Below are positions 38,477 to 49,016 of a DNA stretch of 64,000 nt, one piece after another. The notes under the pieces were generated by a model. It worked only from the letters and a program-made list of their open reading frames with translations, ran no database searches and had not been told where the DNA came from. The stretch covers positions 7,396 through 71,395 of the forward strand of contig CAMCXT010000008.1 of assembly GCA_945883545.1 (NCBI GenBank), read 5' to 3'. Within the stretch, counting starts at the first letter, position 1. Every line of letters starts with the position of its first letter. The DNA is from Chitinophaga pinensis. GTDB taxonomy: Bacteria > Bacteroidota > Bacteroidia > M30B66. Both the position numbers and the translations under genes were made by a program.

Positions 38477-39306
38477 ATGAAGAAGTCATTCTTTCTATTA
38501 ACCCTTATTTTCTCAGTATTGTTAGGCCATTCACAAACCAATAATACCTTCCATAGCTTTGATGTTAAAACCATTTTAGGCGACACCATCAGCTTGGAAC
38601 AGTTTTCAGGAAAAAAATCTTGGTTGTGAATACTGCAAGTTTTTGCGCCTACACTTCACAATATGGCCTATTGGAAAGCCTCTATGAACAATACAATCAA
38701 AACTATAATTTCGAAATCATCGGTTTCCCTTGTAATGACTTTGGAAACCAAGAACCGGGGCACGATTCAACAATTCTAGAATTCTGCACCAACACGTACG
38801 ATGTTCAATTTCCAATGATGTCGTCGATTCATATTCGAACTGGCGACACAGCTGCAGTTTACAAATGGTTGCAACGTGGTGACCTTAATGGCGTGTCGGA
38901 TGTTGCTGTTGATTGGAATTTCAATAAGTTCCTCATCGACGAAAATGGCAATTGGGTTGATCATTTTACCAGCACGGTTAGCCCATTCGATTCTTCAATT
39001 GTTAATTGGATCACCAGCGGGAGTGTCTCCACTAAAATGGATGAAGTTCCTTCTGAATCTTTACGCATTTTTAACGGCCCTTCTAACTCGATTCAGTTGC
39101 AATACGAAGGCTTACCAAAGCGCGCTCAATTTAGTCTTTACACAATCGACGGGAAACTCATCCTTTCTAAACAGCTCAGCCTTATCAACGGAAACCAATT
39201 GATTTCTCTCGATGGCATTAATTTTTCCAATGGGTTATTTTTCACAAGAATTGAAATTGAAAATAAACCAATTCATCGCCCAATCGTTTTAATCGGCGGA
39301 AACTAA
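38477..39306 (+). pseudogene. Secreted glutathione peroxidase with T9SS C-terminal sorting domain, frameshifted in an A7 run (38611-38617)
   Basis: Frame 1 reads MKKSFFLLTLIFSVLLG...LEQFSGKK then a stop at 38627. The next frame continues (I)LVVNTASFCAYTSQY...GFPCNDFGNQEPG...WNFNKFLID. The C-terminus has a Por_Secre_tail-like segment. Confidence 0.75.
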
Positions 39307-39325
39307 AACTACTTACTCATCACCA

Positions 39326-39760
39326 ATGAAACATTTGATTGCAGCCTTTCTTTTCCTATCTTTTAATATAGTTGCAACAGCTCAAAAAGCCGAAGATATT
39401 CTCGGAGAATGGCTACCTTCTAAGGGCAAAGCGCACATTAAAATTTCAAAATACGGCGACTACTTTTCAGGACGTATTGTATGGTTAGAAGAACCGAATG
39501 ATGAAAAAACAGGCAAGCCAAAGGTCGACAAAAAGAATCCTGACGTTAAAAGACAAAACACTCCGATTTTAGGCTTGCTGTTGATGCAAGGGTTTAAATT
39601 CGACGATGGTGTATGGACAGATGGTACAATCTATGATGCAGAAAGTGGCAAAACCTACAGTTGCACAATTAAGTTAAAAGACAAAAATACCTTAGAAGTT
39701 CGAGGTTTTATTGGCATTTCACTTATCGGCAGAACCGATGTTTGGACAAGATTTAAATAA
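39326..39760 (+). CDS. DUF2147 domain-containing secreted protein
   Basis: Signal peptide, then GEW....GKAHIKI.K.GD.F.G.IVWL......D..NP.......P..GL........F.....W..G.IYD...GK.Y.C......L.VRGF.G pattern. Confidence 0.78.
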   Translation: MKHLIAAFLFLSFNIVATAQKAEDILGEWLPSKGKAHIKISKYGDYFSGRIVWLEEPNDEKTGKPKVDKKNPDVKRQNTPILGLLLMQGFKFDDGVWTDGTIYDAESGKTYSCTIKLKDKNTLEVRGFIGISLIGRTDVWTRFK

Positions 39761-39822
39761 AATGCGCTGCCCAACCAAAAGCAACGCATTTTATTAATCA
39801 CAACCTACCTATCGTTTTAATT

Positions 39823-42429
39823 TCAAACCAATTCTGTATCCATTTGACGGAACAGCAGCTGGTTTTCTATCATATCAAGCAATATTGGTTTATCCTGTTC
39901 GATTTTTCCAGCCAAAATCTGCTTGCTTAATTCGTTTAATACTTTTCTTTGAAACAAGCGTTTCACTGGCCTTGCACCAAATTGTGGATCATAACCCAAT
40001 TGCGCTAACCAGTCTATCGCTTCTGGTGTTGCATTGATTTTAAAGCCTTGTTCTTTTAATAATTCCTGAACACCAATAAATTGCAACTTCACAATTTCTT
40101 CGACGTTTTCTCTGCTCAAAGGCTGAAACATGATTATGTCGTCGATCCTATTGAGAAACTCAGGCCTGATGGTCTTTTTCAATAATTCAAACACCTTGTT
40201 TTTCGCTGAAGCGATGATCTCTTCTTGATTTGAATCTGTAATATTTTCGAATGATTCTTGAATTAAATGCGAACCGATATTAGACGTCATGATAATGATC
40301 GTGTTTTTAAAATTCACTACACGACCTTTGTTATCGGTCAATCGTCCATCATCAAGCACTTGAAGCAAAATGTTAAACACATCAGGATGCGCTTTTTCAA
40401 TTTCATCCAATAAAACAACACTGTAAGGCTTTCTTCTTACGGCTTCGGTAAGTTGACCACCTTCCTCATAACCTACATAGCCTGGAGGCGCCCCCACCAA
40501 TCGACTCACTGAATGTCTTTCTTGGTATTCACTCATGTCGATTCGCGTCATCGCCTGATCATTGTTGAACAGGAACTCAGCAAGGGCTTTCGCTAATTCG
40601 GTCTTACCAACACCCGTTGTTCCTAAAAAGATGAAAGATCCAATTGGACGTTTTTTATCTTGTAGACCAGCTCTAGCGCGACGAATCGCATCAGAAACAG
40701 CTTCGATGGCTTCTTCCTGACCAACCACTCTTTTATGAAGTTCAGCTTCTAAATGAAGCAATTTTTCTCGCTCACTTTGCAACATGCGGTTCACCGGAAT
40801 GCCTGTCCAACGACTTACTACACCTGCAATATCTTCGGCATCAACTTCCTCTTTAATCATCGCTTTTCCACGTTGAGTTTCGGTAAGTTGATTTTTCAAT
40901 TGCTCAATTTGAAGTTCTGCATCTTTAATTCTACCATAACGAATTTCTGCCACTTTTCCGAAATCGCCCGTTCTTTCAGCTTGTTCAGCTTCAAACTTTA
41001 GTGCTTCAATTTGTTCTTTAGATTTCTGAATTTGGTCTAAAACATCTTTCTCTTGCTGCCATTTGGCGCGCATTGAATCACGTTCTTCACTTAAATTGGC
41101 AATTTCTTCGTTTAATGATGAAAGTTTTTTCTCATCATTTTCGCGTTTAATGGCTTCTCTTTCAATTTCTAGCTGTCTGATTCTTCTTTCCAATTCATCC
41201 AACTCTTCAGGCAGAGAATTAATTTCCATTCTTAATTTGGACGCCGCTTCATCTATTAAATCAATTGCTTTGTCGGGTAAAAATCGGTCGTTGATGTAGC
41301 GTTGACTCATTTCCACTGCGGCGATAATGGCTTCATCACGGATCATTACCTTGTGGTGATTCTCGTATTTTTCCTTTAAACCACGAAGTATCGAAATCGC
41401 ATCTTGACTATCGGGCTCATCAATCAGCACTTTTTGAAATCGACGCTCAAGAGCCTTGTCTTTTTCGAAATATTTTTGGTATTCGTTGAGCGTTGTTGCT
41501 CCAATGGCGCGGAGTTCACCTCGGCTGAGTGCTGGTTTTAAAATATTGGCCGCATCCATTGCGCCTTCTCCCCCACCCGCACCAACGAGCGTATGAATTT
41601 CATCGATAAATAATACAATTTCGCCATCGGCAGACGTAACTTCTTTAACTACAGATTTAAGTCTTTCCTCAAATTCGCCCTTGTATTTTGCACCTGCAAT
41701 TAGCGCTCCCATGTCGAGTGAATAAATCTGTTTTGATTTAAGATTTTCGGGCACATCACCATTCACAATTCTATGTGCTAATCCTTCGGCAATAGCTGTT
41801 TTTCCAACACCTGGCTCACCAATTAAAATCGGATTGTTCTTGGTTCTTCTGGAGAGAATTTGCAATACGCGGCGAATTTCTTCATCACGACCAATTACTG
41901 GATCAAGTTTCCCCAATCGTGCTGCTTCATTGAGGTTTTTAGCATATTTTGAAAGCGCATTGTAAGTGTCTTCAGAACTTTGTGAAGTAACGCGTTGTCC
42001 TTTCCGCAATTCTGCAATTCCAGCTCGGAGGTCTTTTTCATTCACACCCGAATCTTTCAATAGCCTTGCTACAGCATCCGATCCAGCCAATATCGCCAAT
42101 GCCAAATGTTCGATGGAAACAAATTCATCTTTCATTTCCGACATGAGCTGAGTTGCTTTGCTTACAGCTTGTTGAGCGGCATTTGATAAATATGGCTGCC
42201 CTCCACTCACTTTCGGATATCCCAAGACAATGGCATCCAGTGCCGATTCTAAGGCTTTACTGTTTACACTTAATTTTTTAAATAAATAAGGCAATACATT
42301 TTCATCGGCTTCCAAAACACCTTTAAGAAGATGTCCTGTTTCTATTCCTTGTTGTCCATTCTGCATTGCCAGTTGTTGGGCAGCTTGAACAGCTTCTTGA
42401 GCCTTGATAGTAAATTGATTAAAATTCAT
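39823..42429 (-). CDS. clpB: ATP-dependent chaperone ClpB
   Basis: 868 aa. Two AAA+ modules ([18 protein letters not shown]) separated by a long coiled-coil M domain. Clp-N repeats at the N-terminus. Confidence 0.95.
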   Translation of the reverse strand: MNFNQFTIKAQEAVQAAQQLAMQNGQQGIETGHLLKGVLEADENVLPYLFKKLSVNSKALESALDAIVLGYPKVSGGQPYLSNAAQQAVSKATQLMSEMKDEFVSIEHLALAILAGSDAVARLLKDSGVNEKDLRAGIAELRKGQRVTSQSSEDTYNALSKYAKNLNEAARLGKLDPVIGRDEEIRRVLQILSRRTKNNPILIGEPGVGKTAIAEGLAHRIVNGDVPENLKSKQIYSLDMGALIAGAKYKGEFEERLKSVVKEVTSADGEIVLFIDEIHTLVGAGGGEGAMDAANILKPALSRGELRAIGATTLNEYQKYFEKDKALERRFQKVLIDEPDSQDAISILRGLKEKYENHHKVMIRDEAIIAAVEMSQRYINDRFLPDKAIDLIDEAASKLRMEINSLPEELDELERRIRQLEIEREAIKRENDEKKLSSLNEEIANLSEERDSMRAKWQQEKDVLDQIQKSKEQIEALKFEAEQAERTGDFGKVAEIRYGRIKDAELQIEQLKNQLTETQRGKAMIKEEVDAEDIAGVVSRWTGIPVNRMLQSEREKLLHLEAELHKRVVGQEEAIEAVSDAIRRARAGLQDKKRPIGSFIFLGTTGVGKTELAKALAEFLFNNDQAMTRIDMSEYQERHSVSRLVGAPPGYVGYEEGGQLTEAVRRKPYSVVLLDEIEKAHPDVFNILLQVLDDGRLTDNKGRVVNFKNTIIIMTSNIGSHLIQESFENITDSNQEEIIASAKNKVFELLKKTIRPEFLNRIDDIIMFQPLSRENVEEIVKLQFIGVQELLKEQGFKINATPEAIDWLAQLGYDPQFGARPVKRLFQRKVLNELSKQILAGKIEQDKPILLDMIENQLLFRQMDTELV

Positions 42430-42586
42430 GATTATAGGATTTTTCTCTTGCGGCCTCTCAAATCCTTCACCAAGTAAATTTTACTGAAATAATTACCGAA
42501 AATCCTTATCACACAAGTCAATTTGGCTTGTTTATAAAATCAATGTGCTAATTCGGCAGATAATTTTCAATTTTCAGGCGCCCAAC

Positions 42587-42970
42587 TCATCGACTGAGCA
42601 AAAAATTCCAGATCAAAACCGTTATTAATGAAATTGGAATCCCGATGCTCAGCATTAAACTACTGAAACGGGGCTTCAATCCATAAGCACTCGCTACAAT
42701 AGCAGCAGTTACCATGGGGGCCATTGCTGCTTCCAACACACAAACTTTCATTTCTTGACCATTTTGCCCAAAACAAAAACGATATAAAATCCCAATAAAT
42801 AATGGGGCTAAAAAGAGCTTAATCGGAATGTAATGCAGTGCGAGCGAAGGAATCGCGATCCAAATGACGTATTGATTTAGCGTAACATGCGACTGATCGG
42901 GCAGTTTTTTAGAGCGTTTCAGCAGTGCTCCAAGGATAAGAGAAATAAAAATGAGTAAAATGTTCGCCAC
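42587..42970 (-). pseudogene. AEC (auxin efflux carrier)-family transporter remnant, 127 aa instead of ~300
   Basis: The N-terminus (ILLIFISLILGALLKRSKKLP......LNQYV.WIAIPSL) and C-terminus (EAAMAPMVTAAIVASAYGL.P...S..L..GI..SLITV..W) resemble the two ends of AEC permeases. The middle is missing and the start is GTG. Confidence 0.45.
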
Positions 42971-43182
42971 GGTTCAAAGGTATTCATTTGACTAAAAAGC
43001 CGTCGTTGCGCACTTGCAGTTTTAACCCGCATATCTACCCAAATAATTTTAAACGACTCATTTTCTATTATTTACAACAAAATAGCGAATCAAAAGCCCA
43101 AAATCACCAAACCGCCCATTGCCACATTTGCCATCATTGACTACATTTGCGTCATTCATCGACTAGTTATTCGTCAATAAAT

Positions 43183-46119
43183 ATGTTGAACTGTCACTCA
43201 TGGTTTAGTCTACGCTATGGCACCTTATCGCCAGAGCAGCTCATTGCGCAATTGCTTGAGCTTGGCTATACGAGTGCGGCATTAACCGACATCAACACAA
43301 CCTCAGGATGCCTCGATTTTGTGCGCATCTCGAATGAGATGGGCCTACATCCTGTAATTGGCGTAGAGTTTCGCGATGATGGATTGCTCCAGTTTGTTGC
43401 TCTAGCGATTAATAATGATGGATTTGAGCTGATCAATCGGCATTTGTCGTCGAAACTTACTGAAGGAGCAACCCTAGCAGCCGAAGCTCCAGAACAATGG
43501 AATGGGCACGTTTGGGTGATTTATCCTTTGAAGAACATTCCCAAAAGAAAACTGTTTCCCAACGAATTCATAGGTCTTAGCCTTCAAGATTTGAAAAGTG
43601 TATGGAAGCCTAGAGATCCGATCCTCAACAGAGCAGTAGTTTTACAAGCATTTACCTTTCCCGACAAAGCGCATAACAATATCCATAGGCTATTGCGAGC
43701 GATCGATCAAAATACTTTACTGAGCTTACTCGACCCTCTGCAATGTGCCGCGCCTGATGCCTTTTTACTTCCACGAAAAGACCTTGTGTCTGCTTTTTCG
43801 TCATTCCCTGAAGTCATCGCGCGCAGTTTGCAGTTGCTAGAATCTTGCAATGTAGAATTTGAGTTTGGCGTATCAAAAAACCGAAAAACCTTTACTGGAT
43901 CTAAGGTGCAAGACAGGCAACTTCTCGAGAAACTAAGTTTGGATGGCATGCAATATCGTTACGGCAAGAAGAACAAAGAAGCCCAGAAAAGATTGAAGCA
44001 TGAGTTGGAGGTGATTGATAAATTAGGCTTCACACCCTATTTTCTGATCACTGAAGACATCATCCGCTATGCTCGACACCGAGGATTTTTCCATGTTGGA
44101 AGAGGGAGCGGCGCCAATAGCATTGCGGCTTACTGCTTACAAATTACGGATGTTGACCCCATCGAATTGGACCTATATTTTGAGCGATTCATCAATCCGC
44201 ACCGCACATCGCCGCCCGATTTCGATCTCGATTTTTCGTGGCGCGACCGTGATGAAATTTTGAATTACATATTTCAGCGATACGGCACCGAACATACTGC
44301 TCTAATTGCGACTTACACAACTTTCCAAGACAGGGCCGTTATTCGAGAATTGGGCAAGGTGTTCGGGTTGCCGAAATCGGAAATCGACATTCTCAGCGGA
44401 CTCAAGCAACTCCCCAAAGATGCAGATCAAATTAGCCGATTGATCTTTCGTTACGGTGAAAAAATCCATGGCTTCCCTAATCATTTGGGCATCCATGCAG
44501 GCGGAGTGATCATTTCAGAGTCGCCCATTTATCGATATACCGCCACCCAAATGCCTCCCAAGGGCTTGCCCATTACACAATTCGACATGTATGTTTCGGA
44601 AGAAGTGGGCTTATATAAATACGATATATTAAGTCAGCGCGGATTGGGACACATTCGAGAAGCCACCGAATTGATTCTCGAAAACAGGCAAATCAGTGTG
44701 GATATCCACCGGGTTTCGGAATTCAAAAAGGACTTGAAAATCAAACAGCTCATAAAGACAGGTCGAACAATGGGCTGTTTCTATGTTGAATCACCCGCGA
44801 TGCGGATGTTGTTAAGTAAACTAAAATGTGAAGATTATATCACACTGGTTGCGGCAAGCTCAATTATTCGACCGGGAGTTGCGAAATCCGGTATGATGAG
44901 AGAATACATCCACCGTTTTCACCATCCAGGAAGCTTCAGCTACATCCACCCAAAGATGGAAGAGCTCCTCAAAGAAACCTATGGGGTTATGGTTTACCAG
45001 GAGGATGTAATTAAGGTAGCGCATCATTTTGCAGGGCTAGATCCTGCCGATGCCGATATATTGCGCAGAGGAATGTCGGGGAAATTCAGGTCGGCGAAAG
45101 CCTTCCAACTCGTTGCAGATAAATTCATGCAAAACTGCCGCGATATGGGCTATCCCGAAGCGGTTTACACCGAGGTTTGGCGACAAATGGAGAGCTTTTC
45201 GGGGTATTCGTTTTCTAAAGCGCATTCTGCCTCTTTTGCCGTAGAAAGTTTTCAGAGTCTATATCTGAGAGCACATTTTCCACTGGAATTTATGACTGCC
45301 GTATTGAACAACTTCGGTGGATTTTACAAAACACAAGATTATGTGCATGAGGCACGCATGCTTGGTGCTAAAATCGAGGCGCCTTGCGTGAACAGAAGCA
45401 TGCACTTAAACAGCATTTTCGACGATTCAATATACTTAGGTTTTGTGCTTCTGCACCAGCTCGAGGAGCGGAGTTCTGCCATGATTCTCCGCGCTCGAGC
45501 GCAGAGTGGGCCCTTTCTTGGACTTGCTGATTTTGTTTCGCGCGTTAACATTGGTTTGGAACAAGTCCTTATTCTGATTCGTGTTGGAGCCTTTCGATTC
45601 ACCAGTAAACCCAAAAAAGAACTGCTTTGGGATGCACATCTTATTGTAAACAAAACAAGTGTGAAGGTGGAAAAGCCAGCACAGCTATTTCATGCCAATG
45701 AGCCAGATTACAAATTCCCAAACTTAGAAGACTCGTTTATTGAAAATGCATACGATGAGATCGAATTATTGGGATTTCCATTGTGCTCTCCATTCGATCT
45801 AATTGCCCCAACGAAAGATGAATCGATTCGAGCCAAAGAATTATGCAACAACTTAGGGAAACAGGTGCAGATTCTTGGTAGCGTGGTGGCAGTAAAAGAC
45901 ACTCGAACGGTGAAAGGCGAACGAATGAACTTTGCCACATTTGTAGATCAGGATGGCTATTTCTTCGACAGTACACATTTTCCACAAGTGGTAAAACAGT
46001 CGCCTTTCCGAGGCCGCGGCATTTATCGCCTGAAAGGAAAAGTTGCTTGTGAGTTTGGCTTCTTCAGTCTCGAGGCAAGTTACATGGAAAAGATCCCTTA
46101 CCTCGCAAGGGGATATTGA
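43183..46119 (+). CDS. dnaE2: DNA polymerase III alpha-subunit homologue, short DnaE2/ImuC-like form
   Basis: N-terminal PHP motif (LNCHSWFSLRYG), ...GRGSGANS..., ...PPDFDLDF..., ...GIHAGGV..., ...FSKAHSASFA. About 978 aa, so it lacks the long DnaE1 C-terminus. Confidence 0.8.
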   Translation: MLNCHSWFSLRYGTLSPEQLIAQLLELGYTSAALTDINTTSGCLDFVRISNEMGLHPVIGVEFRDDGLLQFVALAINNDGFELINRHLSSKLTEGATLAAEAPEQWNGHVWVIYPLKNIPKRKLFPNEFIGLSLQDLKSVWKPRDPILNRAVVLQAFTFPDKAHNNIHRLLRAIDQNTLLSLLDPLQCAAPDAFLLPRKDLVSAFSSFPEVIARSLQLLESCNVEFEFGVSKNRKTFTGSKVQDRQLLEKLSLDGMQYRYGKKNKEAQKRLKHELEVIDKLGFTPYFLITEDIIRYARHRGFFHVGRGSGANSIAAYCLQITDVDPIELDLYFERFINPHRTSPPDFDLDFSWRDRDEILNYIFQRYGTEHTALIATYTTFQDRAVIRELGKVFGLPKSEIDILSGLKQLPKDADQISRLIFRYGEKIHGFPNHLGIHAGGVIISESPIYRYTATQMPPKGLPITQFDMYVSEEVGLYKYDILSQRGLGHIREATELILENRQISVDIHRVSEFKKDLKIKQLIKTGRTMGCFYVESPAMRMLLSKLKCEDYITLVAASSIIRPGVAKSGMMREYIHRFHHPGSFSYIHPKMEELLKETYGVMVYQEDVIKVAHHFAGLDPADADILRRGMSGKFRSAKAFQLVADKFMQNCRDMGYPEAVYTEVWRQMESFSGYSFSKAHSASFAVESFQSLYLRAHFPLEFMTAVLNNFGGFYKTQDYVHEARMLGAKIEAPCVNRSMHLNSIFDDSIYLGFVLLHQLEERSSAMILRARAQSGPFLGLADFVSRVNIGLEQVLILIRVGAFRFTSKPKKELLWDAHLIVNKTSVKVEKPAQLFHANEPDYKFPNLEDSFIENAYDEIELLGFPLCSPFDLIAPTKDESIRAKELCNNLGKQVQILGSVVAVKDTRTVKGERMNFATFVDQDGYFFDSTHFPQVVKQSPFRGRGIYRLKGKVACEFGFFSLEASYMEKIPYLARGY

Positions 46120-46581
46120 AAAGTATAAAGCAGCCAGCTTAAGAAACGGTGATTCATAAAAATCATAGCAATGTAAAGGTATTGATTTCGCAAAGCGATT
46201 TTTGGGTTGATTATACCTGTCGATACAATTGAATTTTGTCAATTTCGATTTTCGAAAATACTTTATCAGACAACAATTAATAGGTTTGTCATTACTTCGG
46301 AGAATTTATCGAGTATAATACTTCAAATAAAACAAGTTAAATCCATTTTTTTCTGCAAATAAAAGTTGGCTTGTAAAAAACTTTCAATCATCTCAGAGGA
46401 TTTAAAATTCATATTCAATCAACAATTAACGCATAAATAAATACCGATATTAGGCAATCTTAAAAGCTCTAACAAAAGAAATATGAGAACTTTTAAACGC
46501 AAAATAAACAAGGTTATAAACAGAACTGTTTGTAATAAAAAAACAAGACTGTTTAAGGTATTTCTCATTTAACGAAATTTG

Positions 46582-46956
46582 CACTGGGAAGGGGATAGAT
46601 GCGGGTTCCCTTCGACAATTCAAAATAACTTGTCAAGTGAAAAATGAGAAAAGAAATCAACACGACTGTTAATTCTAATTTGATCATTCAATTCGATAGT
46701 GTTTAATTAAACCCGAACTTTCCACTGGGAAGGGGATAGATGCGGGTTCCCTGCGACAATTCAAAATAACTTGTCAAGTGAAAAAAGGAGAAAAGAAATC
46801 AACACGACTGTTAATTCTAATTTGATCATTCAATTCGATGGTATTTAACTAAATCCGAACTTTCAACTGGGAATGGGATAGATGCGGGTTCCCTTCGACA
46901 ATTCAAAATAATTTGTCAACTGGAAAATGAGAAAATAAATCAACACGACTGTTATT
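46582..46956. repeat. Tandem array 2: three copies (period 141 bp) of a non-coding element related to the core of array 1; the last copy has the core only
   Basis: Cores start at 46582, 46723 and 46864 (CACTGGGAAGGGGATAGATGCGGGTTCCC...). The linkers are also conserved. A degenerate partial copy may lie just upstream. Confidence 0.92.
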
Positions 46957-47108
46957 GGTAATGGCAATAATGACGAGCAGGTTGTGTATTCAATTATATT
47001 TTACTAGACTAGAAAATAATCTTAAAATAAAAGTAATGAGAAAAGTCAGCAAATCAATGTCATAGGCTCTTGTAATGTTGAACTCAATGTCATACCTTAG
47101 ACAAAGAG

Positions 47109-47879
47109 ATGAAAGGATTTCAAATCACAAGCAAAAAATACTTTGACGATTCTATGTCATTGATTGGCAATGAAATAGATAATCTAGTCAGTAGATTTGA
47201 TTTCAAATACAAAGACTTAGATCTTGGCTATCAAACTCAGTCTTCGGCTGTTTATTCTTCAAACATTGAAGGAAATACAATTGATTTGAATTCATTCATG
47301 AATTTCAAATTATCAAATGAAAAATTTAAACCCAGTAAAGAAATAAAAGAAATTGAAGACCTAATTCTTGCATACGATTTTGCTCAGAAAGAGATCTTAA
47401 ACCAGAAAAACTTCCTTAAAATTCATAAAATTCTATCTGAAACACTATTAATATCGAGTTTAAGAGGTAAGTATAGAAATGATAAAGTTGGAGTTTTTAG
47501 CGAGTCTGGATTAGTCTACTTTGCTATAGAATCTGAATTTCTAAAAGAAACTATGAATGAGTTATTTTCAGAAATCGGAGAAATTTTATCAAGTAATTTA
47601 AGCATTGAAGAAGTTTTTTATTTCGCATCACTTATTCACATGAAGTTTGTTCACATCCACCCATTTAGAGAAGGAAATGGTAGAACTGCAAGAATTCTTG
47701 AAAAATGGTTTATTACAACAAAACTTGGCGAAGAATTTTGGAAACTACCTTCTGAAAAGTATTATAAAGAAAAACAAGCTGATTATTACAGAAATCTAAA
47801 TTTAGGAGTGAATTATTATGAGTTGAATTATGACAAATGCTTGCCTTTTTTAACTATGCTGCCAAACTGCATGAAATAA
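47109..47879 (+). CDS. Fic-family protein (class II type with internal inhibitory motif)
   Basis: Fic motif HPFREGNGRTAR. N-terminal SSNIEG fits the [ST]xxxE[GN] inhibitory-helix motif. Confidence 0.88.
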   Translation: MKGFQITSKKYFDDSMSLIGNEIDNLVSRFDFKYKDLDLGYQTQSSAVYSSNIEGNTIDLNSFMNFKLSNEKFKPSKEIKEIEDLILAYDFAQKEILNQKNFLKIHKILSETLLISSLRGKYRNDKVGVFSESGLVYFAIESEFLKETMNELFSEIGEILSSNLSIEEVFYFASLIHMKFVHIHPFREGNGRTARILEKWFITTKLGEEFWKLPSEKYYKEKQADYYRNLNLGVNYYELNYDKCLPFLTMLPNCMK

Positions 47880-48074
47880 TTGATTCAATCGCATAATAAC
47901 TAATAGGCTCAATTAGGTAATTGGTAGTTTTCACAATCATCGAGTTACCAGAAAACCTTCAATAACTTTTATACATTTGAGAAAACTTGCCATTTATTGC
48001 CAACAGCACATCGATGTTTTCAATGATTCAACAAATCAGTTTTAAAATGGTCACAGAAAATAAATTAAGAAAAA

Positions 48075-48605
48075 ATGAAATTTATTTTTGCCTTTTTTTT
48101 GACCGTATTTACAACAACAGTTTATTCTCAAAGATTCGACAGTCTTGAGATTCCTTCCAATTCATTTGAAAGTAGCTACCGAAAGACAAATCCTAATTTA
48201 ATGTATAAATATGACGATATATCCCAAACACACAACTACTCTAATAACTGGGACTTTGACAAAGACGGGATAAATGACGAACTGTATTTTATTGGAACAG
48301 GTGGTACGCATTTATACTATTATCTAAAAGTGATTTTGAGTACTGATAAATTACCCCGAGAATTTGATTTCATCCAATCTGACTTTCCTTTCCTAACAGC
48401 GACCGACACATTGAATATGAATAAAACACCTTTAGGTTTTGTCGTCGCAGACCTTGAAACAGACATGAAACCAACTGTTATCGTTCGTCTTGATGATAAA
48501 ACATATCAAGTGAATAAAAATAAATTGACTAAACTGAGAATCAAAACTAGAAATATTGCGATTAGCTTTGAAAATGGCAAATCAAATTACCAAAGCCTAA
48601 AATAA
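48075..48605 (+). CDS. Hypothetical secreted protein
   Basis: Signal peptide MKFIFAFFLTVFTTTVYSQ. No recognised domain. Confidence 0.5.
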   Translation: MKFIFAFFLTVFTTTVYSQRFDSLEIPSNSFESSYRKTNPNLMYKYDDISQTHNYSNNWDFDKDGINDELYFIGTGGTHLYYYLKVILSTDKLPREFDFIQSDFPFLTATDTLNMNKTPLGFVVADLETDMKPTVIVRLDDKTYQVNKNKLTKLRIKTRNIAISFENGKSNYQSLK

Positions 48606-48641
48606 TAAGTTCAAACAATTGCCAATCAATCCACACATTAA

Positions 48642-49004
48642 TCACCTTAAAATCTTATCCATCGCTTTGCCCTTTGCCAATTCGTCGATGATTTTATCTA
48701 AATACCTCACCTTTTGTGTAAGTGGATTTTCGATCTCTTCGACACGGTAACCGCAGATTTCTCCACGAATCAGTGAGGCATTCGGGTTTAGGTTTGCACG
48801 TTGGAAGAATTCAGTAAAGGTTACTTTTTCCTCAATTAACTTCTGCAAATCATCCTCTTTGAAAGCTGTTAGCCATTCAATTACTTGATGCAGTTCGGCA
48901 ACGCTTCTCCCTTTTGCTTCAACTTTTTTCACATAGTATGGATACACCGAGGCAAAAGTGATCTTTGCCATCTTCGCATTGTGCTCTGGTGTTGGAATCA
49001 TCAT
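48642..49004 (-). CDS. DUF2200 domain-containing protein
   Basis: ...[19 protein letters not shown]...VI.WLT... pattern as remembered for DUF2200, 120 aa. Confidence 0.65.
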   Translation of the reverse strand: MMIPTPEHNAKMAKITFASVYPYYVKKVEAKGRSVAELHQVIEWLTAFKEDDLQKLIEEKVTFTEFFQRANLNPNASLIRGEICGYRVEEIENPLTQKVRYLDKIIDELAKGKAMDKILR

Positions 49005-49016
49005 AAAATCAAGAAT

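Noticed and set aside
45339-46242. Minus-strand ORFs (45339-45653, 45436-45639, 45708-45938, 45737-45985, 45853-46242) at the 3' end of the polymerase gene
   Set aside because: They are antisense shadows of the DnaE2-like gene. Only the last extends ~120 nt beyond it, and it has no start context or motif.
46646-46708. Short ORFs inside the repeat units (MRKEINTTVNSNLIIQFDSV in array 2; MNLIYPSQADYNRLYPFKTG at ~1654 in array 1) as possible tandem peptide genes
   Set aside because: Start codons or reading frames are not preserved between copies (ATG becomes AGG in copy 2, early TAA in copy 3, no start in units 2-3 of array 1). Conservation is therefore at the nucleotide or structure level, not the coding level.
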